Origin: Ginkgo biloba
Lineage: Eukaryota; Plantae; Ginkgophyta
Reading direction: 5' to 3'
Assembly (NCBI GenBank): GCA_024626585.2
Contig: JANKJI020000004.1
Span: 20,113,592 to 20,135,775 of the forward strand
DNA: 22,184 nt
The notes under the pieces: model-generated
Told to the model about the DNA's origin: nothing
Database searches by the model: none
The model's input: only the letters and a program-made list of their open reading frames with translations
In this document: positions 11,800 through 21,795 of the stretch, in pieces
How positions within the stretch are numbered: position 1 is the first letter of the stretch
Layout: each line of letters begins with the position of its first letter
Program-made: the position numbers and the translations under genes

Positions 11800-12420
11800 A
11801 CATTGGTTCGAGGACACTAAGGGAGCGATACCAATGGGCAAATTGAGATGGAAGAAATCAGGTGAAATAGAGGGACGACAAAGGAAGTAGGCATAAACAC
11901 ATGTGAATTGATGCTTTGAAGGCAAAGCATTTCAAAAGGGGTGGAATGGAATGAATCCAAGGAGAGACTTATCGATTCCAAGAGATGGACCTACAAGGGT
12001 AGAAATGCAATTGAACAACTATGACCCATACTTTGGGAGCAAAGCATGTTAAGAGGGGAGGACATGTCATGTACCCCAACATACGCATATGATTGTGGGT
12101 AAATGTGATAATTGTGTAGGGATAAGTGCTAGCTCATATTTTTAAGAGTAACCACAATAACACTCTAAAGATGTGAGATAAGGCTCAAGTAGAGGTAGGC
12201 TAAGGAGGCCTATTTCGAATATATAAGGGCACTCGAGTGCCATTTGTGATCATAATTGCGACTTTGGAATCTTTTGTAATGTTGTGACTCATTTCTTGGC
12301 CTTTAGGACTATATTTGTGAATTCTTGGATTTAGGGAGTCCCTTGTGGTCTTTTTCAAGGCAACATTGCGATCTTCTTAAAGCAATTTGGCATTTAAAGT
12401 GATCCTTTAGGGTTTCACTA
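11800..12420 (+). mobile_element. gypsy-type 3' end: two PPT-like modules and an LTR fragment
   Basis: GCTTTGAAGGCAAAGCATTTCAAAAGGGGTGGAATG (~11913-11947) and CTTTGGGAGCAAAGCATGTTAAGAGGGGAGGACA|TGTCATG (LTR start ~12065). A TATATAA box lies at ~12220. Confidence 0.6.
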
Positions 12421-12429
12421 CTTAAATCA

Positions 12430-12830
12430 AACATAAATCAATGTAATTCCACAAATAACAACAATATAAACATAAATATATACTATGCAATAAGATATCC
12501 ACTCTATAAAAGAAAATAGATCATGATAATAAATCACATAGGGACTTTCATGACCATAACTCTACAAAGGTTTCAAAGTCACAATGATGATCACAAATGA
12601 GGCTTAAGTTCCCCTATATACTCAAATGGACCTCTTTGGTCTAACCCTTGTTATTGAGAAATCTCTCCTATTAATTGTTACATTCCATTTTGTCTTGAGA
12701 TGCTTTGCCCTCAAAGCATTAGTTCACATGTGCTTGCGTTAGCATCTCTTGTTCTTTGGCTTCTTCACTTGTTTTCCATCCTCTCAAGGTCTACATAGAG
12801 ATGGTTCCCATGGTGCCCTTGAATCAATTT
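12430..12830 (-). mobile_element. Second, oppositely oriented copy of the same PPT/LTR family
   Basis: The reverse complement of 12675-12830 aligns to 11801-11950 (core 12695-12732 vs 11898-11935, 34/38 identical), and 12552-12643 aligns to 12196-12290. Confidence 0.75.
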
Positions 12831-13108
12831 ATTGGATATATTTATTTAATAGTATCGACATCTAACTTCTTGATAGGTCTCTATGGTTTTGCTTGATTGG
12901 ATCTAGGTTCTTATTTTGTGTGGACCTTGTGGAAGTTATTACAAAGTTAGCAAGTGATGAAACTTGAAGGTTTTCATATCTTGTAAAGATTGTCACCTTT
13001 TCCTAGTTTTTTTCTTCAGAAAATACCAAACGATTACTTTTATGGAGCTTTGGGATTTTGGGGTTTCAAAAATCTCCAATCTATTAGCTTTGGGGTTTCA
13101 AAATCTGT

Positions 13109-13294
13109 GTAATAGTGGCTACCACTACTAATGATAAAATGTCGCGCGTAATAGTGGCCACCACTACTATGCCGTTATTATGTGGTACTCATGAATAGTG
13201 CCTACCACTGCTATGCAACGAAACCATTGCTACATGGCATAACAATGGCCACCACTGCTATGCCACTATTGTGTAACAATGACTACCACATAAC
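13109..13294. repeat. Degenerate tandem repeat, core (GT)AATAGTGGCYACCACTRCTATG, at least 5 units
   Basis: Units start at ~13109, 13148, 13194, 13241 and 13273, and the array runs into a 100-N gap. Confidence 0.75.
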
Positions 13295-13394
13295 NNNNNN
13301 NNNNNNNNNNNNNNNNNNNNNNNNNNNNNNNNNNNNNNNNNNNNNNNNNNNNNNNNNNNNNNNNNNNNNNNNNNNNNNNNNNNNNNNNNNNNNN

Positions 13395-14228
13395 ACTATG
13401 GCCGATTTTTTCTTTCACAAGGAATCATGGTGTGGATCTCCTTCATGTGGCGTTTCCTCCGTGCGCCTTCCTCTTGACAGATTGAGCTATTACGTCTCTC
13501 CATCGATCAACTTTTGGCCTTTGTGCAATCGAACGCCACGAGTTCCAGTGGATCTTCCCAATGTCAGATCTTCCCTACATTGTTTTCTTTCTTGAGCGGC
13601 CTATCACGACGTTCCAGTTGCACACAGATTTCACACTCGTGGCTACCTTTGGTTGCACAACTTGCAGTTACGAACTTGCAAAGACAAAACGAACAATGGA
13701 TCTCTTGCTCACGATTTCAAACTCCGGTGCAAGGTTTCTTCTTCAAACTCCAACGAATTCGAATGGCCTACTACTATTTCTTCAAAATGAGGATCTCAAG
13801 CAAACGTTTCATGTCTAGGGTTTCATTTTTTTGTTTTCCTCTCCCCTGGATTGTTCTCTTTTCCAAATACAAATTTCTTTTCAGCGAAGGTTTCACCCGA
13901 TTTTTTTAGATGCAGGATCATCTTCAAATGACAAAGATCATCACCTGCTCTGATACCAAATGTGAAAAAATGAGAACACAAATTAATTGAGAGAACTGAA
14001 ATTTATGCGCATCAAAGAACTCAAAAAATATGGAGGNNNNNNNNNNNNNNNNNNNNNNNNTTCATTAATGAAGGGTACATACTACAAATTTATACACAAA
14101 GTATGCCCCTGCATAAGTGACAAGTGTCTTGCATGCACAAAAGGGAAATAAAGTACATGACCCTCAACATGTTAAGTCAGTAAGACTAGGTACATTAAGT
14201 ACATTAAGTAAACATTAATATTCTAACA
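13395..14228 (-). mobile_element. Truncated LTR retrotransposon 5' end (LTR + tRNA-iMet PBS + leader), probably Ty1/copia-type
   Basis: LTR 13961-14228 is bounded by TGT...AACA, with the PBS 2 nt inside. No coding domains or second LTR were seen. The copia assignment rests only on the short LTR and leader style. Confidence 0.7.
13947..13958 (-). promoter_or_regulatory. Primer binding site (tRNA-iMet)
   Basis: GCTCTGATACCA is the reverse complement of TGGTATCAGAGC and lies adjacent to the LTR end at 13961. Confidence 0.9.
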
Positions 14229-15636
14229 CATTTATGCACACTATTATATTCCCATTGGCCACTTTTGGATAATAATATAATATAATCTCATTTCATTTCA
14301 TTTTTTTTTCTATAAGAATCTCAGTGGTTTCAGTCCAGTCTAGACTAGTTTCTGCTTTATAGCATCCATCATTTCACTCCTTTATGTAGCTTAACAAGCA
14401 TGAATATGTAATATCTCATTATTATGATGATATATTGTCTGTATTTACAAAATAAAGGTAAACCACAGTTTTAAAATGAGCTCACAACCCTACATCATTT
14501 CTAATTGACTTGTGTGTATTCTCCCACTATGCTAGTCCAACAATCTTTCCTCACATTTGCAGTTGATGCAAAGATAGGATTGAAATGCTGTTTTCATCTT
14601 TTGACCGGAATACAGCTTCTATTCATGGACCTGCCCATCTCCTAGACCATTGGCATATCATAACTTCTGAGGGGATCCTCCTGACTTCCATTATTACTAA
14701 CCTACTAAATTTTCTTGCAACAATATTTGGCACATCATGATCTTAAGCAAAGGACCTGATCACAAATAATGTCAGATGAATTTCTTGGTAAGCCATTGAC
14801 ACCAAATTCTGAGGAGCCTATTTGGTGCATTGTGTTGCACCAACTGATCAGCAGTATTGAGAATGACAAGGCAGGCATTATAATATAATGTTCCTTAAGG
14901 GCCCTGTGTGTTTTGGCTAGCATGGGACTTTTTCAGCATGCAGACGTCTTGGATTTAAGGAGATTCTTATCATTGTCTGCCTGTAGACTAGTAGTTTAAA
15001 ACCACTAAAATTGTTCTCAAGACAACTTTGGGCTCTCTAAACACATATGCCTGAAAAGCACAGGAACAGTACTACAAAACAAAGAAGCCATCTGCAATGC
15101 TGTTTCACTCTAAAGCCTACTGTTTAATTTTCGTTTATGAGTGAACAATAAAAATGAAATTCCTATGATTGTTATTGCTGCTGTAATTTTGTTGCAAATG
15201 ATTTTACTGGGGGCATTTTGGGTATCCTATTACTTTTAATTCTACCTCACAGGATAGTGTCATGTAGGGCTGCATATATTTAATTCAANNNNNNNNNNNN
15301 NNNNNNNNNNNNNNNNNNNNNNNNNNNNNNNNNNNNNNNNNNNNNNNNNNNNNNNNNNNNNNNNNNNNNNNNNNNNNNNNNNNNNNNNNNNNNNNNNNNN
15401 NNNNNNNNNNNNNNNNNNNNNNNNNNNNNNNNNNNNNNNNNNNNNNNNNNNNNNNNNNNNNNNNNNNNNNNNNNNNNNNNNNNNNNNNNNNNNNNNNNNN
15501 NNNNNTTTCCTTTTTTTGCTTGTTTTATGTTATATGAAGCCCATCTGTTGCTGGTATGTGTTGAATCATCTAAAAAAAGTAGGCTAGGTTCATCAACTCT
15601 GCTCTGATTAGTTTTACTCTTTTCTGTTGGTGGCAG

Positions 15637-15739
15637 TTATATTGGTATCAAGCAACTGGTTTTTGGTGGAAAGCGTTTGGGAGACTGGGAACAAGGCATG
15701 ACATCTGTTGAAGATGGGTACAAAGTTTTCAAGATTTGA
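15637..15739 (+). CDS. DUF3531-family protein, terminal coding exon
   Basis: Acceptor TTTTCTGTTGGTGGCAG| at 15636. Translates (D)YIGIKQLVFGGKRLGDWEQGMTSVEDGYKVFKI* with TGA at 15737-15739, the typical plant DUF3531 C-terminus (Y.GI.Q.VFGG...DWE.GMT....GYK.FKI). Confidence 0.9.
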
Positions 15740-16490
15740 AGTATTGTTTACATAAACATGAGATTCATAGATCCAGGCCAGCATTGTAAAAGCGGTATCA
15801 ATCAGCTTTATTATGGATTGGAAATGTTCACCATTGTTTAAACTCGCTTACATCTGCAACACAGGTTGACCATTTGCAGAGCTTGCTGACAGGAAAGTGA
15901 TAGTTTGCTATGATGAAGTTGAAGGTCATATGAGGTTAAGAGTCAAAGTTTGCTTAGAATTTACCTAAGCAACAAAAAGATCATTAGGAGATGAAGAGAA
16001 GATGCTCTTAGGAGTCTAAAGAGCTCAGACCTTTAAATAAGTGAGTAAGATTTATAGATTGAATAAGGAATTATTGAGCCAACATGATAATTCAATAAGA
16101 TTGTCGATATGCATAATAAAGAGTAAGAGAAGAAAGATTATGTAATTTCACCATAAGATTTAATTATTTTGAGCATGAGTTAAAAGGATTGGAAGGCATA
16201 TTAAAGAATTGACACTGCATTTTTTTAATGGAAAGTACCAATTTATCAATATGATACATGTCGAGAACATATTCAAAGGATAAAATATGAGGGTTATTTA
16301 TGCACATAGGCTGATCTATTTTTTGGATCCAAAAATTTATTTTTCTATCATTTTTTAGAGTATTTAAATGTGCAAAGAAAATTGGGTATAATCCATATAT
16401 TTTCATGCTATGATCAGTGAATAAAATTTGTAGCCTTGTCTTTTATCTTCAATTCAATACCAAGATTGCAAAATATGGAGCTACAGGCTA

Positions 16491-16677
16491 AAAGTTATGT
16501 TAATTTTACTAACTGCATGTCATTTTGGTTAATTTCGACAAATGACCGTGTTGTTTGACAAAATTGGCTAGTTTCATTCGATGAACGGACATTGTCATTT
16601 GACGAATGGACCACTTTCGTTCGATGAACAGAGGTGAAAATGAAAAAATTTATCGATAGTATTTTGGACATAACTTT
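16491..16677. repeat. Five-unit ~21-bp-period TTCGACGAA-derived array flanked by the inverted AAAGTTATGT/ACATAACTTT; probable transposon subterminal region
   Basis: Cores at 16534, 16554, 16577, 16598 and 16620. Perfect 10-bp inverted pair at 16491-16500 and 16668-16677. Confidence 0.7.
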
Positions 16678-19600
16678 CACGNNNNNNNNNNNNNNNNNNN
16701 NNNNNNNNNNNNNNNNNNNNNNNNNNNNNNNNNNNNNNNNNNNNNNNNNNNNNNNNNNNNNNNNNNNNNNNNNNNNNNNNNGTACATTTTATTCTGAAGA
16801 AGATATACAAGTAAGGTTATTGGCTTCACTACATGCTAATATTATCTTCCATTGTCAGATCTCCATGAGAGTTCCTATAGCCATCTTTATTTTCATTTTA
16901 TTCTTCATAAGGCAGGCATTGCTTTAGTTATTTGTCTTATGCCACATTGCGCATCAAAATCCAATGATGTTCCCTCTAACTCTATGTCCTTTTGGAAAGT
17001 TGGATATNNNNNNNNNNNNNNNNNNNNNNNNNNNCCTCTGCATTTTAATTGATGAGCTTAAAGAGTGTTGGCAGCTTTCTATGGGCTGCCCATCTGTTCA
17101 AAGTGTTCTTTGTCATTTCTCTCCACTTCAGCTCCCAATGCTGCTGTGTATCAGATGGCAATGCAATTTAGATCAAATAATTTGAGCATTTGATCTAACA
17201 CAGTCTAAAGGAATTTGCTATAATCGCTTTTGGACTCCTTCACACTCTTATTAGCTCCATGGAGATACTTCATAGTGTAACATGTAGAGAAGAATAATAG
17301 GCTTGCACTTCGTTTACTTGAGTGGCCATATGAAAAAAGTGACACTTATTAAACAAACATTCAGGTCTCCTGTCCAATTTTTACTAAATATGACACGAGG
17401 CTCATGATTTGAGCTCAACTTTCCTTCCTTTTAGTGTCCAATTTGTTTCCATTGTGATTAATAACTAAGTTACCTTGTTTGAGTTCGACGAGCAAATAAT
17501 TGGACAAAAGGTCCATAAGGTCCAAAAAAGTTTGCCATGAAGTTCAACAAATATATAAATATTTCTCTTATATGACATTCGTATTTTAAAGGAAATTAAA
17601 GTGGAAAAAGAATATTGAACATCAAAACTACTATATAAAATTAACCTATACCTTTCAAAAAAAATCATGCTCCATATTATGTTATGTTTTAACTTTGAAT
17701 TGATCTAAATATCTTATGGTAAAAGCATTGACTAAGACTTTTAAAAAAATGGGCGTTTTTGAAGAATTGGTCTTCCATNNNNNNNNNNNNNNNNNNNNNN
17801 NNNNNNNNNNNNNNNNNNNNNNNNNNNNNNNNNNNAATACCAATCATTAACTTAAAGTTCAATTCTCACAAAAGAGTATTTAATTTTTCCACCAAGGGAG
17901 AAAGGTTCTATGTCTCTTTGTTTTGTGTATGCCTCATTCTTCGTGATATGTGAAAGTCTTCCTTTCTTTCAATATGGTACTCAATTAATGGGGCTTGTTG
18001 AAGAATGCCTTTTAAGACCTTTATCTCGAGTTTGGGGGTCCTCAATTTTGATCACACAAATTTGAAATCCATTTAGTTTTTCATATGGTAAGAAACATTT
18101 CTTCATATTTTTAAATCAAAGTCANNNNNNNNNNNNNNNNNNNNNNNNNNNNNNNNNNNNNNNNNNNNNNNNNNNNNNNNNNNNNNNNNNNNNNNCTTAT
18201 TAAGAGGAAAAGAAACATTTAGCTCATTATAAAATTTCATATTATCATATAAAGACATAGGTCCTTTTATCATAAAGTTTAAATTGTTAGGTTTTTACGC
18301 ATTTAGGGGCATTTGCCACTTGTATATAAATTAAAATTGGTTATAGAGTGACAAATTTTATAGTTTCGCATTGCATTTTGTTAGGGAATTCTATTAAGGA
18401 CAACTTGAAATAATTTTGACCATATTCAACTGGATTTGACTATTTTTTAAAGGATCTATCAATAGACTTGACAAAATTTAAATCCTTGTGGTCTAATTTA
18501 ATGTGCAATGATTATTTTAATCCAATGTATTGCAATTTATCAATAAATATGAAGTGATCCTTAATTAAACTTATATTTCGAAATTCTCTCTTATTGTTTT
18601 TATTCCTTGAGAAAACAAGTGTTATAATATTGCTAGAATACAAATGCAATTGTTACATCCTAGTCAACCCTAGTCAAAGGCAATTCAAACTTGGTTAAAA
18701 TTAGGTCAAAAGATAAGTTTGACTTAGAAAAAGCTTTAGCTAAACCCTTAGAAGATAAATGACCCTTAATAGCAAAGAAAAAGGTCAAGAGAGAGTTTAA
18801 CTAGGAGTTAAGCATGTTGGTTTTAAAATTAGTAGTTAACTTAGATGGTGGCACCTTTAAATGGGTAAAAAAATGCTCAAAAGGGCTAAATTAGCCCTAC
18901 TAAACCCTCGCTCCCACTTTGAAGGGACAACTTACCTTATGTAAAATAACTGAATAGTCATAAGCCTACATTATCAGTCAACTTGAAGTACAAACACACC
19001 TTTTTGTGGCGTATAGAATGAGGTATGACTCACTCAGTAGGGCATCATCAATTCTCCTCATTTTTTGTGTCTTCTTACTTTCTACCACTTGCCAACTATT
19101 TTTTTTTTTGAAATAATGCTTCTTATATTAACATGANNNNNNNNNNNNNNNNNNNNNNNNNNNNNNNNNNNNNNNNNNNNNNNNNNNNNNNNNNNNNNNN
19201 NNNNNNNNNNNNNNNNNNNNNNNNNNNNNNNNNNNNGCAAAAAAGAATTACATTATAATTATATAGTAAGATAGTAGGTATGGCCTCCCTACAAAAAGAA
19301 GGAAAAGAATTGGCTTGAGGTACCTTTTGTTAATGCATATGAAAGAATATACAAACTCCTTCCAACTTCATCATAGTATGTGATTTAAATCTAAATCTCT
19401 TTAAAAAAAAGTACACAAAGAAAAATTGAAGGAGATTAATTCTCCATTACAAGTAATCGACTCCTAAAGGAAACAAACTTGATATTCATTATTTAAATCC
19501 AAAATATTAAAAAGGGTGAAATATACAAAACCTATAAAAGAGAAATAAGAGAGTGGAGGAATATTAAGAAAGATAAAAAAAAAAATTCGAGAAAAAACAT

Positions 19601-20033
19601 TTTTCCCCAAGAATAAACTGCACAAACATTAACAGACCTTGGCCGAGAAGAATTTGAGTGCCATGGCTTCAAAAAGACGGACTGCAATGGCTGATTTTTG
19701 TCCAATTATTCTAGTGCATGGTTACCTTCGAAGAAAATGGACTCAATGACTGCTCATTATGTCCAACGATTCCAGTGCATAGATGCCTTTGGTGATAAAA
19801 ATCTGTCTAGGTAACGTCTTGGATTGACGGCGCTGCTGCGATTGTAATCGTCTACTGAGCTGCTATGATGGTGTTGAGTGTTTCTATATTGCTTCCTAGG
19901 ATGATTCTTTTATTATTCCAATAAACCATAACGAAAACTCTGCTTCGGCTGTGGCGTCGTAGCACAGAAACCAAAATGAAAAATTTACTAGGATCTTGAC
20001 CGATTAAACAGGTTGTGGAGATTGCACAACAGA

Positions 20034-20207
20034 ATATGCAGAGTATTAGGGTTCCACCATGGCAACTTTGAGAACCCGATGGAATATCTGGGAGCTCCTT
20101 CATCTCCATCTTTGTTGAAGGGGAAAGATTGGTCTCCTTTGGTCCAGAAGTTCAAAAAAAAAATAGAACATTGGTCTTCAGTCTGGTTAACTCTGGCAGG
20201 AAAGGTA
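20034..20207 (+). mobile_element. L1-type LINE ORF2 fragment (region just C-terminal to the RT core)
   Basis: ICRVLGFHHGNFENPMEYLGAPSSPSLLKGKDWSPLVQKFKKKIEHWSSVWLTLAGKV matches the plant L1 pattern LG...P..YLG.P......DW.PL..K....W....L..AG[RK]. Confidence 0.85.
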
Positions 20208-20566
20208 AACCAGGCCCAGAAATGGGAAGGCATCAGGACAGAGTGCAAATTTTGATTAATTGGGGTCCCTGTTCAAATCGGAGGGAAGAGTATCCTTCAC
20301 CTTATATCTCTAATTAGCTTTGTAGAAACTTTTTGGTCATTATTTAGATGCTTCGAGAAGACAATGGATATGGATAGTTTCAACTACGAGGACCAAGGTC
20401 ATTTGGAGAAGAGTTGTAGAGAAAGAAATTTAGAGAGGGCGATCGCGATCGAAATGATATCAACACATCGAATAAATTTTAATAATATTCATTGCTCTAT
20501 CATGAAAACCACATATTTTTAACAAATTTTCTAGTTTTTCAAAAAAAAAAAAAAATTAATCTTAGT

Positions 20567-20983
20567 TGACATATTTGTTATAACTGAAAGGGTGAAGGCA
20601 TACATTGATGCCCAATTTAGAGCATGCAATTCCAGTTTTAGAATTGCAATAATACATGCATGTAACTCATGTAAAGACAAAATAAATTTAGAATAGAGTA
20701 TGCATGTAGCGCATGCACAATAAAAATAACGTAGCATTGGATTTTCCAATATTAGCACTTTCTTTATTAATATTTTCCAAAATTGATACATGAGAAAAGC
20801 TATATATTGATGTAACCTCAAACGATTTATCATAATTGAAGAGGAGAGAATGTGATTCCTCTGTTTGGTGCAGTAGCACAATTTTGTATGGTTCTTGATT
20901 GTGTTTCTCTCTTATTGCATATGTTGTTTTCTATTTTGTCTTTACTTAATACCTGCAATTAAATATTCAAGTGGTATCAGAGC
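20567..20983 (+). mobile_element. LTR (~400 bp) followed by a tRNA-iMet PBS
   Basis: ...AAATATTCA|AG|TGGTATCAGAGC, with the PBS at 20972-20983. The candidate start TGACATATTT at 20567 is a near-inverse of the end, and a TATATA box lies at ~20801. The left boundary is tentative. Confidence 0.7.
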
Positions 20984-21135
20984 TGCAGGTCATTAGAGGA
21001 GCAGTAGGTTNNNNNNNNNNNNNNNNNNNNNNNNNNNNNNNNNNNNNNNNNNNNNNNNNNNNNNNNNNNNNNNNNNNNNNNNNNNNNNNNNNNNNNNNNN
21101 NNNNNNNNNNATGAGGTATCCCATTTTTACCAATA

Positions 21136-21755
21136 AATTTTAGTAATGACAATCACCCTTAGATAGGTGGGAAAACTAAGAGAGTCAATCAAAGAATGGA
21201 AGACAAATTCAGGTCATATGTAGAAGCTATACATGGTAATTGGGAGGAGAGACTTTAGTTTCTTTAAATATGCTTCAAAAATGTAGGACGAGTTAAGGGA
21301 GTGCCAAAAAAATATTAAGTGAGCACAATCTCGTACTAAATTATATGCAAACCGACACATATCACTAATATTTTTCAGATGGAATATATGGTTTATTTTA
21401 AAGTGAAACCTCACAATTCCTTGCCTACATGACAACATACTAAGATCTCATCCCAATATGGTGGACAATTCCACATGTCAAAACATATTAATGAAGTAGC
21501 ATACAAATTGCAATTGCTAGCTCATGTTAAGATGCACCCAGTGTTTCATGTCAACTTGTTTTACAAGTATATATCCATATATGATAGTTTTTTTTTAGCC
21601 TTTGTTGATGGGCACAAGGTTGAGAAAGAGGTACATCATCTAATTAGTATATTAGATGAATGTACAAGGAGACTGCATAATATATATGTTGTTGAATAAC
21701 TTAAGGAATGGTCAAATAAGTCCTTAGAGGAAGCCACTTAGAAAATAGATGTTTT
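21136..21755 (+). pseudogene. Chromovirus (Ty3/gypsy) integrase C-terminus with GPY/F motif and chromodomain, decayed
   Basis: HP*IGGKTKRVNQRMEDKFRSYV (HPQTDGQTERVNQ.LED.LR-like). YGGQFHMSKHINEVAYKLQL....KMHPVFHVNL (GPY/F region). ILDECTRRLHN...E*LKEWSNKSLEEAT*K (chromodomain YLVKW...EEATWE-like). Confidence 0.85.
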
Positions 21756-21795
21756 TTGTCAATAGGTTGGGATCTTTGACGGAAACGATGTCCAT

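Larger units (their letters stand above)
4912..15636 (+). other. Large GT-AG intron (~10.7 kb as assembled) of the DUF3531 gene, filled with nested transposon remnants
   Basis: GT at 4912, and a pyrimidine-rich tract with CAG ending at 15636. The flanking exons join in phase (GA+T = Asp) to give a contiguous family sequence, ...LSSDYIGIKQLVFGG. Confidence 0.8.

Noticed and set aside
13514-13909. 131-aa and 85-aa plus-strand ORFs
   Set aside because: They are antisense to an LTR-element leader and show no recognisable protein motifs.
17168-17198. Perfect 11-bp hairpin TTAGATCAAAT/ATTTGATCTAA
   Set aside because: AT-rich and isolated; too short for a miRNA precursor, and no element boundary is evident.
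18651-18910. TGTTACATCCTAG resembling the LTR start at 21810 (TGTTACATTCTAG)
   Set aside because: The similarity does not extend beyond ~13 bp, and there is no PPT, PBS or end motif to define an LTR.
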